Below are positions 1 to 9,191 of a stretch of DNA of 36,604 nt, piece after piece. The stretch lies in the sequence record DRR378314_2387. The stretch is one strand, 5' to 3'. The position numbers and the translations under genes were made by a program. The notes under the pieces are model-generated. The model saw only the letters and a program-made list of their open reading frames with translations, searched no databases and was not told the origin of the DNA. Numbering within the stretch: the first letter of the stretch is position 1; every line of letters begins with the position of its first letter.

Positions 1-52
1 AGAACCTGAATCAAGTTCAGGTTGACGAAATCAGGCATTTTAGACACCCTCT
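1..52 (+). repeat. Partial (right end) copy of palindromic MITE/REP-like element
   Basis: agaacctgaatcaagttcaggttgacgaaatcaggcattttagacaccctct aligns with the right end of the intact copy at 17385-17435; ends 1 bp from the oxyR stop codon. Confidence 0.85.
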
Positions 53-53
53 T

Positions 54-995
54 TTAATTTTTGGACAAAGGGCTTATAATTTTTACGTCTTGAAAAGCGA
101 TTGCACCACGAACAATACTGGAGACAACCTCCCTTAAGGCATCGGTTATCTGTATTTTAAGCTCACTTTTGTGGTATATCAGACTTATTTCACGCGCCGG
201 GGTCGGATTTTGAAAAGGTTTTAGGTTCAACTTTCTACGCTCTCCAAGATCCAACGTATTCAAGTAAGGTAACAGTGTCATTCCAAGACCTTCATCGGCC
301 AAGCTTACCAAGGTTTCAAAACTTCCGCTCTCTATTTTAAAATGGTCTCCATGTCGATTTTTGGAAGCCTTGCATAGGTTAATGACGCCTTCGCGAAAAC
401 AATGCCCATCTTGTAATAATAGAATATCGTTCACATCCAGGTCGTCCATCTTTAACTCATCCTGTGATGCCAATCGATGGTTTTTGGGAACATAACCCAC
501 AAAAGGTTCGTAATACAAAGGTCTTTCTTTTATAAACTCAATCTCCAATGGCGTGGCCGCAATACCAGCATCCAAATGACCGTCCATAATATTTTTGATC
601 ATAGTTTGGGTGGATTGTTCCTTTATAATAAGGTTTACCTTGGGATATTTTTTTATAAAGGCGCTTAAGAACATGGGCAACAGGGTGGGCATCACCGTTG
701 GTATGATTCCAAGGGTGTAATCCCCCCCAACAAAACCCTTGTCTTGATCCACAACATCCTTTATCCGCTCTGCTTCGGCAACAATATTTTTTGCTTGGGC
801 CACAATTTTTTGACCGACCTCGGTAATGGTTATCGGTTTTTTGCTCCGGTCAAAAATAAGGACATCGAGTTCGTCCTCTAACTTTTGCACTTGCATGCTC
901 AAGGTGGGTTGGGTGACAAAACTTTTCTCGGCTGCCAAAGTAAAGTTCTTGTGTTCCGCTACGGCCAACACATATTGAAGCTGGGTAATCGTCAT
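54..995 (-). CDS. oxyR: H2O2-sensing LysR-family regulator OxyR
   Basis: LysR HTH (NFTLAAEKSFVTQPTLSMQVQKLE) plus redox cysteine pair DGHCFR...NLC, equivalent to C199/C208. Confidence 0.92.
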   Translation of the reverse strand: MTITQLQYVLAVAEHKNFTLAAEKSFVTQPTLSMQVQKLEDELDVLIFDRSKKPITITEVGQKIVAQAKNIVAEAERIKDVVDQDKGFVGGDYTLGIIPTVMPTLLPMFLSAFIKKYPKVNLIIKEQSTQTMIKNIMDGHLDAGIAATPLEIEFIKERPLYYEPFVGYVPKNHRLASQDELKMDDLDVNDILLLQDGHCFREGVINLCKASKNRHGDHFKIESGSFETLVSLADEGLGMTLLPYLNTLDLGERRKLNLKPFQNPTPAREISLIYHKSELKIQITDALREVVSSIVRGAIAFQDVKIISPLSKN

Positions 996-1001
996 TCAAT
1001 T

Positions 1002-1047
1002 ATAAGTTTAGGGCATAAAAGTATAAAAAACCATCAGGTTAATCTAT
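1002..1047. promoter_or_regulatory. Candidate OxyR autoregulatory site (two T-N11-A dyads)
   Basis: ATAAGTTTAGGGCAT (1002-1016) and ATCAGGTTAATCTAT (1033-1047) loosely match ATAG-N7-CTAT, just upstream of oxyR; AT-rich context weakens this. Confidence 0.4.
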
Positions 1048-1086
1048 AGAAAGGATGGAATCTTGATCCCAAAAGTCTCGCCAAGT

Positions 1087-1112
1087 AAAAAGCCCGCAAT
1101 AGGCGGGCTTTT
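1087..1112 (-). terminator. Intrinsic terminator after DUF2141 gene
   Basis: aaaagcccgc-aatag-gcgggctttt perfect hairpin with A/T tracts on both sides. Confidence 0.85.
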
Positions 1113-1140
1113 CATTGATTGATTGATGATTGATTTTTGA

Positions 1141-1560
1141 TTAGAACCGGATGTTCATTTCCAAATCCTCTTCACCTACGGTAAACTTGGCACCGTTAAA
1201 AGTAGGTGGGCCCATGCTCATGTCGTTTCCGGACATACCGTAGCCTTCTTTGGGCATTCCGTTGGATTCATAATCCATACGATTGTTCTCATTGACGTCG
1301 TGCATAGCCATAATGGCGTAGTCACCAGGAGCCACATCCGAGAATGTCAAGATCACTTTACCGTCCTTAATGGAACTTTGCTGGTTTTGGACACCTTGAC
1401 CTTTCATAAAGGTCTCTTCAGTGTGCAGGCTGGCGAGTACCTTACCTTCATCACTGGTTACATTTTCAATGGTGATCGTAATCTCGATGCCTGTTTTTTG
1501 TTGCGCCATGGCAATGATACTTACAAGGAAGAAACTTAAAGCTAGTGTAACAGTTTTCAT
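1141..1560 (-). CDS. DUF2141-family secreted protein
   Basis: Signal peptide from MKTVTLAL (start reassigned from 1677 to 1560); motifs PGDYAI, HDVNENNRMD, GMPKEGYGMS, GPPTF typical of DUF2141. Confidence 0.8.
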   Translation of the reverse strand: MKTVTLALSFFLVSIIAMAQQKTGIEITITIENVTSDEGKVLASLHTEETFMKGQGVQNQQSSIKDGKVILTFSDVAPGDYAIMAMHDVNENNRMDYESNGMPKEGYGMSGNDMSMGPPTFNGAKFTVGEEDLEMNIRF

Positions 1561-1589
1561 AATGATTGTTTTTGATGTTTTGTATGCCC

Positions 1590-1661
1590 CAAAATTCATG
1601 AAGTACCGTCTTGTATAAAATTTGAATCTACCGAAATGTTGATTTTTTGGAGTGAATCGCA
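1590..1661 (-). promoter_or_regulatory. LytTR-type direct repeat plus -7 element for DUF2141 gene
   Basis: Minus strand TGCGATTCA-N12-AACATTTCG (1661-1632), then 38 bp to the TTTG of GAATTTTG. Confidence 0.65.
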
Positions 1662-1677
1662 AAGTGAAATCCTTCAT

Positions 1678-1749
1678 TTCAATTCAGGTATAAAAAACTA
1701 CAACTGAGTATTTCCTTTTCTGTTGGCAAAGGGTTGAAGAGCAACTTTG
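1678..1749 (+). promoter_or_regulatory. LytTR-type direct repeat plus -7 element for TonB-dependent receptor
   Basis: TTCAATTCA-N12-TACAACTGA (1678-1707), then 38 bp to the TTTG of CAACTTTG (1742-1749). Confidence 0.7.
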
Positions 1750-1773
1750 TGGCATCAATCTAATCAAACAGTC

Positions 1774-3936
1774 ATGAAAATCATATTTAACCTAATCACC
1801 TTTTTATTATGTACGGGCATTGTTTTTGCCCAGGAGACCATCACCGGAAAAGTAACGGACGCCAAGAACAACCCTATAGAGGGAGCAAACATTTATTTGG
1901 AGGGTACCTACGATGGGGCTTCGTCGGATGCCAACGGAAACTTTAGTTTCGTGACTGCCGAGGAAGGACTGCAAACGTTGGTTGTCTCTATATTATCTTA
2001 CGAGCCCCATTACGAGGCAGGCGATGTTTCTTATTTCAAGGATTTACATATCAAGTTAATGGAGTCCGTCAACTCTTTATCGGGCGTTACCTTGACCGCT
2101 GGAACTTTTGAAGCGGGTGATAATTCCAAAGTATCGGTGCTAAAACCGTTGGATATTGTTACCACCGCAGGAGCAGCTGGTGATTTTGTGGCCGCTTTAC
2201 AGACCTTGCCGGGTACCACAACGGTAAACGAGGATGGCCGTTTGTTTGTTCGCGGGGGTACTGCGGATGAAACACAGATTTTTATAGATGGACTTCGAGT
2301 CTTTCAGCCTTTCAATGCTACACCGAATAATACGCCCACTCGTGGTAGATTTTCACCATTCTTATTTAAAGGAATCTCTTTTAGCACTGGAGGATATTCG
2401 GCAGAGTACGGACAGGCTTTGTCCAGTGTACTTTTGCTGAACACTACGGATGTGCCTTTGCAAGAGAAGACCGATATTTCCATAATGAGTGTTGGTGGTG
2501 GAGTTGGCCATACCGAGATTTGGGGCGACCAATCGTTGAGCCTCAATACTTCCTATATTAACCTTGCCCCCTACGAAGCTTTGATTCCGTCCACGCAAGG
2601 GGTTCGTTGGAACAGTCCCTTCGAAGCTATTTCCGGTGAAGCTGTTTTTAGGAGCAAGGGCGAAAAAAGTATGTTTAAACTGTACACTGGATTCAATCAT
2701 ACCAACTTGGATATTGAGCAGGAGGATGTCAATTTTGATGATTACGTAAGGTTTCAGCTTAAGAACAACAACCTGTACTTTAATTCATCTTACAAATATT
2801 TTTTTGCCCATGATTGGAGTTTGACGTCTGGTGCATCCATCGCTTGGGACACAAACGATATTGGCATAGAGGAGGACAAGGTGAGTGTTAAGGAAACATC
2901 ATCGCACATTAAAGTAAAGGCCCGCAAAAATTTTAGCAATCGGTATGATTTGAGTTTTGGAGCGGAATATTTCAATACGAATTATGATGAAACCTACACC
3001 GACCTTGATATAGGTGATTTTACTAGTGGTTATGATGATGGACTGTGGGCCGCTTTTGCAGAATCCGATATTTTCTTGAGCAATAAGTTCGTCATGAAAT
3101 TGGGGGTTCGTGCCACTCATAGCTCATTGCTCGAAAGTTTTGAGTTTTCACCCAGGGTTTCGTTGGCCTACAAGCCGGGAGAGGACGGACAGTTTTCGCT
3201 GGCCTACGGGGATTTTTACCAAAGACCGCTATCGGAGGTGGTCAAGTTTGAGCAAAACTTGGAAATGGAGAAAGCATCACACTATATCTTAAACTATCAA
3301 TACATTAAAAACGGTAAAACTTTTAGGACGGAACTGTATTATAAGGACTATGATCGTTTAGTGAAGTACAATACGGATATGCCCCAGTTTAATTCCGACT
3401 ATTCCAATGCCGGCGGAGGGTATGCCCAAGGTATCGATGTGTTTTGGAGAGATAGCAAGAGCATAGATAACCTGGATTATTGGTTTTCGTATTCCTTTTT
3501 GGATACCAAGCGCGATTACAGAAACTTTCCAGGGAAAGCCACGCCAAATTTTGCACCCAAACACAATGTGTCCTTGGTCACCAAATATTGGGTGGATAAA
3601 CTAAGGTCCCAAGTAGGCTTTTCATATTCTTATGCTACGGGCAGACCTTATGACAATCCCAATACGCCTGATTTTATGATGGAAAAAACCAAATCCTATA
3701 ACAATCTAAGCTTTAACTGGGCCTATTTGATCGATCAACAAAAGATTTTGTATTTCTCGGTAAGCAATCTTTTGAGTTTTAATAATATCAGTAATTACCA
3801 ATATGCAGATGCTCCAGATATGGACGGCGTTTACAATAGAAGAGCGATTACCCCTCCTGCGGACAGTTTTTTCTTTGTTGGTTTTTTCTGGACCATTAGT
3901 AATGATGGCAAAAGCAATCAGTTGGATAACCTTTAG
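1774..3936 (+). CDS. TonB-dependent outer-membrane receptor with N-terminal CarboxypepD_reg-like domain
   Basis: Signal peptide from 1774 (MKIIFNLITF), ITGKVTD..PIEGANIY domain, plug (LQTLPG, LFVRGG, IFIDG, GGYSAEYG), aromatic-rich beta-barrel. Confidence 0.88.
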   Translation: MKIIFNLITFLLCTGIVFAQETITGKVTDAKNNPIEGANIYLEGTYDGASSDANGNFSFVTAEEGLQTLVVSILSYEPHYEAGDVSYFKDLHIKLMESVNSLSGVTLTAGTFEAGDNSKVSVLKPLDIVTTAGAAGDFVAALQTLPGTTTVNEDGRLFVRGGTADETQIFIDGLRVFQPFNATPNNTPTRGRFSPFLFKGISFSTGGYSAEYGQALSSVLLLNTTDVPLQEKTDISIMSVGGGVGHTEIWGDQSLSLNTSYINLAPYEALIPSTQGVRWNSPFEAISGEAVFRSKGEKSMFKLYTGFNHTNLDIEQEDVNFDDYVRFQLKNNNLYFNSSYKYFFAHDWSLTSGASIAWDTNDIGIEEDKVSVKETSSHIKVKARKNFSNRYDLSFGAEYFNTNYDETYTDLDIGDFTSGYDDGLWAAFAESDIFLSNKFVMKLGVRATHSSLLESFEFSPRVSLAYKPGEDGQFSLAYGDFYQRPLSEVVKFEQNLEMEKASHYILNYQYIKNGKTFRTELYYKDYDRLVKYNTDMPQFNSDYSNAGGGYAQGIDVFWRDSKSIDNLDYWFSYSFLDTKRDYRNFPGKATPNFAPKHNVSLVTKYWVDKLRSQVGFSYSYATGRPYDNPNTPDFMMEKTKSYNNLSFNWAYLIDQQKILYFSVSNLLSFNNISNYQYADAPDMDGVYNRRAITPPADSFFFVGFFWTISNDGKSNQLDNL

Positions 3937-3937
3937 G

Positions 3938-4360
3938 TTACTGTTGCATTTTTAGATAATAATCCACGGAATTTTTCCCGGAACCATAGACAACAAAAAA
4001 TAAGGAGGTCAGCAAAACAATGAAGGCCAACATAAGGTTGTTGGTGTTCATAACACCTAAAAAATTGGTGAGTATTGCCCCAAATAATATGGGGATTTGT
4101 GCAATGGCTGCCCATCTTGTAAGTAATCCAACCATAATTAGGATACCGCCGACAAAGTGAGCGGGAACCAAATAGTGGAGAACAAGCATTCCGCCTGGCA
4201 CATTTTGGAATGGCAAGGCCAATTTTTCCATCTCTTCAAAATTGGTCATAAATTCTATGCCCTTTACAAAAAGTACAATGCCCAGCAATACGCGAATCAG
4301 GTCCAGAATAAGATAGGTATGGGCATTTGCCCATTTATTAAGTTTTTTAATGAGACCCAT
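3938..4360 (-). CDS. DoxX-family membrane protein
   Basis: LIRVLLG..F.KG, GGILIMVGLLTRWAA, GSGKNSVD; four hydrophobic segments. Confidence 0.85.
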   Translation of the reverse strand: MGLIKKLNKWANAHTYLILDLIRVLLGIVLFVKGIEFMTNFEEMEKLALPFQNVPGGMLVLHYLVPAHFVGGILIMVGLLTRWAAIAQIPILFGAILTNFLGVMNTNNLMLAFIVLLTSLFFVVYGSGKNSVDYYLKMQQ

Positions 4361-4579
4361 GATGATGAGGTTTAGGATTTATCTATATAAGATACTCATT
4401 TTTAGTGCTATAAGGGAATAATTCTGCTAGTTTTTGAACGGTAAACCAGTTTTGTAAGGAATCGTATCACATTTTAAAAGGAATCTTTCCCACAATTGTG
4501 TTTGTATTCTGACTTTCAGAGATTTAAAGTGTTCTCTTGTATAAATGAAACCTCTTTTTTCTTCCATGCATAGAAATGG

Positions 4580-5068
4580 TCAAATCAACTCACTTTGGTC
4601 CAACTGCAATTCCATTTGAATATCACTACGGGAGTAAGGGGACGCAACTTTGGTCATTTCGGTAAAACCCAATTTTTTGTACAACGATAAAGCAGGAGCC
4701 AATTTTCGGTTGCTTTCCAAAAATATCTTTTTCGCTCCCAGTTGCTTAGCTTTTTCAATAATATGTTGCCCCAAAAGTTTGCCAATTCCGTTGCCTTGGG
4801 CTTTAGGAGAAACCCCCATTTTAGAAAGCTCAAAATCATACCCCTCATATTTGCAGGGAATCAAGGCACAAACCCCCACAGGAACATCACACAACAAGGC
4901 TACCGCGATGTAACCGCCCTTGTCCAAAATATATTCTTTGGGATTGTGAAGCGCAATACGGTCCATTTCCTCAATTTGGAAATACTTGGTAATCCATTCT
5001 TCGTTAAGTTCCCTAAAGGCATCCTTATAGGTTTCCGAATAGGGAACAATAGTAACGGCGTGATTCAT
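4580..5068 (-). CDS. GNAT-family N-acetyltransferase
   Basis: Motif A (KMGVSPKAQGNGIG) and motif B (ALSLYKKLGF). Confidence 0.9.
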   Translation of the reverse strand: MNHAVTIVPYSETYKDAFRELNEEWITKYFQIEEMDRIALHNPKEYILDKGGYIAVALLCDVPVGVCALIPCKYEGYDFELSKMGVSPKAQGNGIGKLLGQHIIEKAKQLGAKKIFLESNRKLAPALSLYKKLGFTEMTKVASPYSRSDIQMELQLDQSELI

Positions 5069-5142
5069 TTTGCGGTCTAATCAGAGGGTTTTTATGGTCA
5101 AAAATAATTCGAATTCCAGAAGAATTGATAAACTGAAACCCA

Positions 5143-5217
5143 ATATTTATGAATTAAAACCGCTCATCTATGAATTCAAGATACCGTTCAACGAAAAAAT
5201 TATCTGTTGGACGATAA
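5143..5217 (+). promoter_or_regulatory. Phased A(T/C)GA(A/T) direct repeats upstream of PorP/SprF gene
   Basis: ATGAA 5149, ATGAA 5170, ACGAA 5191, ACGAT 5211 (21/21/20-bp period). Confidence 0.4.
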
Positions 5218-5344
5218 AATAATTAGATTTACATAACATTTAGTCAATAAATTCTTACAAGGTCCCAAATCTTGCAAATGATAAACTTAACTAAATATCA
5301 ACCTGTCCCAATCAGGAATATTAACCTACAAATCCCATTCGGCT

Positions 5345-7132
5345 ATGGAGATAAAACTACCCCCGTTTCCCCAGACTACATTTCCGACCCAAATTGAGCG
5401 CTACTTTTATGCGTTTTTGGTTATTCTTTTTCTTGGTCTTCCCATACAGGCTCAAGAAGAAAGTAATCCCTATGTGAGTTACGATGTCCCGTTTCAGAAT
5501 TTGTTGAAGTTCAACCGCTTTTTGATCAATCCCACTTTTTCTTCCATACGGGAGGACAAATCGTATATCAACTTTTTTCACAGAAGTCAAAGTGCGGATT
5601 TCGAAAACAACCGCCAAAACTACTTTTTAAGCTATAGTGGCAGGTTGAGTGACAGGGTAGGACTTGGATTTAGTCTGTACAACCAACGCGAAGGAGTTAT
5701 TTCCAACTTGGGCGTAATGGCCAATTACTCCCACGGTATTCAGCTGGGGGAGGAGAGCAGCCTAACTTTTGGTGTAAACATTCCTTATTATGTAAGCAGC
5801 TTTGATCCAAGTAGGGCAATAACACAGAACCAAGACCCCTCTTTGGGAGAATTGGAGGAAAGATCGGTAATCTCATTGCAACCTGGGCTGAATCTTAGCT
5901 TGGGCAAGTTCGATTTTGGAGTTTTCGCCCAGAACTTGGTGGATTATAATTTGAAGTCGGGAAAATCTTTGAGCAATCTTAACCAAAAGACCTTTTCGGG
6001 CCATATCCAGTTTGCCCACGAATTTGAAAATGGAAGGGGTATTTTTGAGGATGGTAGATTAATGCCTTTGGCAAGGGCTCGTTTTGAGGGTAGTGAAGCC
6101 CCCGTTTTTGGAGGTGGCATTATTTTGGACCTTCCCAAATTAGGTTGGATTCAGGGCGGTTACGATCAATTCTATGGAGCATCGGCAGGAACTGGTTTCA
6201 ATCTTAACCAACGATTGTCTTTTGGATATAATTTTGAAAAAAGCCTGAGCAATAGTATTGCCAACCTTGGCGTTACCCACGAAATATCGATAGCCTATTC
6301 CTTTGTGCCCAATCTTTCCAAAAATACGTTCGTTTCCAACGAGGACGAAGAAGAAAAGGAAATCGAAAACTCAGCTGTGGCCGATGCAAGCGATGAAACC
6401 GAAAAAACCAAGCAGAACAGCAAGCTGGATGTGGAAACTACACTGCGCCCTTCCAACAAAGAAGATAGAGCCTACTGGGAAGAGCGTGTCGCCGAACTAC
6501 AGGAAAAGCAAGAAGATAGCTATGCCGTAATCGACGAACTGCTTTATAAGGTGGACTCTATGAAGCAAAGCAGGGAAGAGGATATGGAAAAGCGTTTTGA
6601 AATGGTCATGCGACTGGTCAAAAGACACAATGGAAGCGATATTCCCGGGATAGAGGAAAAAGCGCAACAATTGTACTTGGCCGATAACAAGGATTTGGAT
6701 TCCGTTTATAAGGCAATTGAGACTTCGACCGCTAATGCTTTAGCGGAAAACCGAAAAAACACATCCAAACCTAGTGGGGGTGAAAACGAAGGTACTTTTA
6801 ATGGAGGCGCATTTAAGCCCATTGAAAAATACATAAATCTTGAAGGGGTAGGCCAAGGGCATTACATTGTGGCCAATGTGTTTAAAAATGAGACATACCT
6901 GAAAAATTTTATGGAAGATTTAAAAAGCAAAGGTTTACAAGCGCAATACTTCAAGAATCCTGACAATGGTCTCAACTATGTGTACTTGGCCAAGTATGAG
7001 GAGAACGAAATGGCCTATGCTGCGTATCAATCAAAAATGGAAGGGAAGTACCAAGACGATATTTGGATCATGCACGTGGAAAATCCCAGGTACTCCAATT
7101 GGGCCGATGCTATTTTCCAAGATATAGAATAA
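5345..7132 (+). CDS. PorP/SprF-family type IX secretion membrane protein with C-terminal coiled-coil and SPOR-like extension
   Basis: FLINPTF motif, beta-barrel ending GVTHEISIAY, then acidic linker, predicted coil and GHYIVANVF...YVYL...DIWIMHV domain. Confidence 0.8.
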   Translation: MEIKLPPFPQTTFPTQIERYFYAFLVILFLGLPIQAQEESNPYVSYDVPFQNLLKFNRFLINPTFSSIREDKSYINFFHRSQSADFENNRQNYFLSYSGRLSDRVGLGFSLYNQREGVISNLGVMANYSHGIQLGEESSLTFGVNIPYYVSSFDPSRAITQNQDPSLGELEERSVISLQPGLNLSLGKFDFGVFAQNLVDYNLKSGKSLSNLNQKTFSGHIQFAHEFENGRGIFEDGRLMPLARARFEGSEAPVFGGGIILDLPKLGWIQGGYDQFYGASAGTGFNLNQRLSFGYNFEKSLSNSIANLGVTHEISIAYSFVPNLSKNTFVSNEDEEEKEIENSAVADASDETEKTKQNSKLDVETTLRPSNKEDRAYWEERVAELQEKQEDSYAVIDELLYKVDSMKQSREEDMEKRFEMVMRLVKRHNGSDIPGIEEKAQQLYLADNKDLDSVYKAIETSTANALAENRKNTSKPSGGENEGTFNGGAFKPIEKYINLEGVGQGHYIVANVFKNETYLKNFMEDLKSKGLQAQYFKNPDNGLNYVYLAKYEENEMAYAAYQSKMEGKYQDDIWIMHVENPRYSNWADAIFQDIE

Positions 7133-7145
7133 TCCTTAAGAATAT

Positions 7146-7748
7146 TTAATCCTTCATATAATCAGCGATGCCCTGACTACCTGAGTTGGGGCGCTCCTCG
7201 AGCTCCGATATTATGGTATGATGGTCATCCTTTTGGGTCTGGGAAAGCTTATAGGTGGCCTGAATGTCCGATATCGTTATCTTGAAACCAACAACACCCT
7301 TTACTTGACGCAGTGTTTTTGCGGACAGGTTGTTCAGGGAAATCGGGTTTTTGGAGCTCTTTTCGTACTTGTCCACCAATCGGTGCATGGATTGCATGGT
7401 TTCTTCTTCGGTCAAGACTTGTAAGGCACCATAAACATGCACTGCAATGTAGTTCCACGTGGGGACCTCTTCTTCTTTGTACCAAGAAGACGATACATAC
7501 GCATGCGGACCGTTGAAAATACAAAGCACTTCGGCATCGTTTCTAAAATGCTTCCATTGTGGGTTGGCCTTAGCGATATGGCCGACCAGAATATCACCCC
7601 CATTTTTAGCTGTTTCCAATTCCAAAGGAATATGCGTGCCCCAAGGTTTATTGTCCACAATATTGATCAAGATACCAAAGGCATTGTTTCTCAAAAAATC
7701 TTTGATTTCCTCAATATCGCTGTTGCTGTAATGGGGAGGGGTGTACAT
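7146..7748 (-). CDS. PaiB-family FMN-binding protein (negative transcriptional regulator family)
   Basis: MYTP start at 7748; GHIAKANPQW, GPHAYVSSSWY, VPTWNYIAVHVYG, KLSQ motifs. Confidence 0.88.
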   Translation of the reverse strand: MYTPPHYSNSDIEEIKDFLRNNAFGILINIVDNKPWGTHIPLELETAKNGGDILVGHIAKANPQWKHFRNDAEVLCIFNGPHAYVSSSWYKEEEVPTWNYIAVHVYGALQVLTEEETMQSMHRLVDKYEKSSKNPISLNNLSAKTLRQVKGVVGFKITISDIQATYKLSQTQKDDHHTIISELEERPNSGSQGIADYMKD

Positions 7749-7831
7749 AGTATTGAAAACAGTGTTCAATTTAGATTGAAAGGCATAAAGATATAAATTA
7801 AGACTTCATTTTTACAGTATATTACCAACAA

Positions 7832-7864
7832 TAGAAAATAGAAAAGGCCCGATCAGGGGCCTTT
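7832..7864 (-). terminator. Intrinsic terminator
   Basis: aaaggccc/gggccttt hairpin followed on the minus strand by a T-rich tract, just downstream of the 7885-8646 gene. Confidence 0.75.
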
Positions 7865-7884
7865 AAAATGGTTTTGTGTTAAGC

Positions 7885-8646
7885 TTAATTAGAAGATACT
7901 TGAATTTGGCCGCTTCTGCCGCTTAGGTCCTCTCTAAAGACCCATAGTTCTTGCATATCTCCATCGGTCACTGCTTCAAAATCTTTTAAAAATGTAGCAA
8001 AGCTACCAGCGCCATGGACTTCTTCGAACCATTGGGGAAACTTGTCTTCCTGCCCCATCCAAGATGATTTTTCAAAAAAGTCAATCCAAACGAAATCGGC
8101 ACCATCCTTGTTTGTTAATTCATTGTAATAAGAGCCCCATTGTTGCTCCGAATCCTTGGTCATGAATACTTGCTGAACCTTGTCCAAAAGCGCGTTAAAT
8201 TCTTGTCCCTTAAACCGTTTGATATCCAGCATAAAAATGGCTAGATTTTTCAATTCAAAATCCTTGGTGAAATTTGAATGACTTGGGTCACCTTTCCAAT
8301 AGGTAGTTTCCATTTCGGCCAAAGCATTGGCAGCAACGTTGTTGTTCCAATCTTTGGTATGGTCGTCCGAGTAGTTGTTGGTCTCATCCATGGAAGACCA
8401 AGAAGTTGGTCCAAGGCTCCATACGTATTTTCCCGAATCTTTACCACTGGCAACCCAATAAACACCAACTTGTTGTGTTCCTTCGGCATGGTATTTTTTG
8501 TTGTGTGCTGCAACTCCAGCTTCAAAAGCCTCAATTTTGTCTGGCTGTGGTGTCATGAGAACGTTCATGAAAATGGCCGCTTCTTGATTCTCTTGGGCTA
8601 CCATCAAAAATGGAAGCAAAAATGCTATTATGAATATTTTTTTCAT
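7885..8646 (-). CDS. Secreted hypothetical protein, possibly a duplicated NIPSNAP/dimeric alpha-beta barrel fold
   Basis: Signal peptide MKKIFIIAFLLPFLMVAQ; two similar halves (VGVYWV..YVWS..TSWSSMD and WGSYYN..FVWI..SSWMGQ); the fold call is inference. Confidence 0.65.
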   Translation of the reverse strand: MKKIFIIAFLLPFLMVAQENQEAAIFMNVLMTPQPDKIEAFEAGVAAHNKKYHAEGTQQVGVYWVASGKDSGKYVWSLGPTSWSSMDETNNYSDDHTKDWNNNVAANALAEMETTYWKGDPSHSNFTKDFELKNLAIFMLDIKRFKGQEFNALLDKVQQVFMTKDSEQQWGSYYNELTNKDGADFVWIDFFEKSSWMGQEDKFPQWFEEVHGAGSFATFLKDFEAVTDGDMQELWVFREDLSGRSGQIQVSSN

Positions 8647-8669
8647 TTTTCTAAGGTTTTAAGTTTATA

Positions 8670-9191
8670 CTATTCGGTAGGTTCCATTTCTTCTTCGGCC
8701 ATTTTGGCCGCGGCCTCTATTTTTTGAAGCTCCAATACAATTTCGGTGGGATCCCAATAACCGTATTCCCGAACTATTTTCCCATCGATAAATTGATAGG
8801 TCAGGTGAATCGGAATTTCTATTTTCTTATTGTTGGCTGCTAAAGAGCACTGCCATTGCAACCAACAGTTTACCCAGGTTTCCCCCTCGTCGGTTACCAC
8901 CATCTCATACTCTTGATTATCGCCTTTAAACCCTCTTGTAGCATAGTTGGCATCGGTTTGTCGGTGATAGTCCATAACTTCACTCGGCGACATCGGATTT
9001 TTATTGGTGTTGTAATAGGTCTTTGAGGTGTCTGCATATACACCGGTATCGAATAATTTATTGTTGTAATTGTCTATGAATTGCTTAACAGTTTCAATTT
9101 CGGGTGAATTCTGAGTATATCGCACAGGTCCCTGTTGACAAGCACTGGCAATCAATGCCACAAAGGCACATAGGAGAATAATTCTTTTCAT
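8670..9191 (-). CDS. NTF2/SnoaL-like lipoprotein
   Basis: Lipobox IASAC; C-terminal IPIHLTYQFIDGKIVREYGYWD typical of the SnoaL/NTF2 fold. Confidence 0.8.
   Translation of the reverse strand: MKRIILLCAFVALIASACQQGPVRYTQNSPEIETVKQFIDNYNNKLFDTGVYADTSKTYYNTNKNPMSPSEVMDYHRQTDANYATRGFKGDNQEYEMVVTDEGETWVNCWLQWQCSLAANNKKIEIPIHLTYQFIDGKIVREYGYWDPTEIVLELQKIEAAAKMAEEEMEPTE

Noticed and set aside
1561-1677. Longer DUF2141 start, and likewise the 1747, 9712 and 15795 starts
   Set aside because: These extensions overlap or abut predicted promoter elements and precede clear signal peptides
4442-4466. TAAACC-N15-CGTA, similar to the ECF-like promoter at 15762
   Set aside because: Spacer differs by 1 bp and no plus-strand gene follows; cannot be told from chance without TSS data
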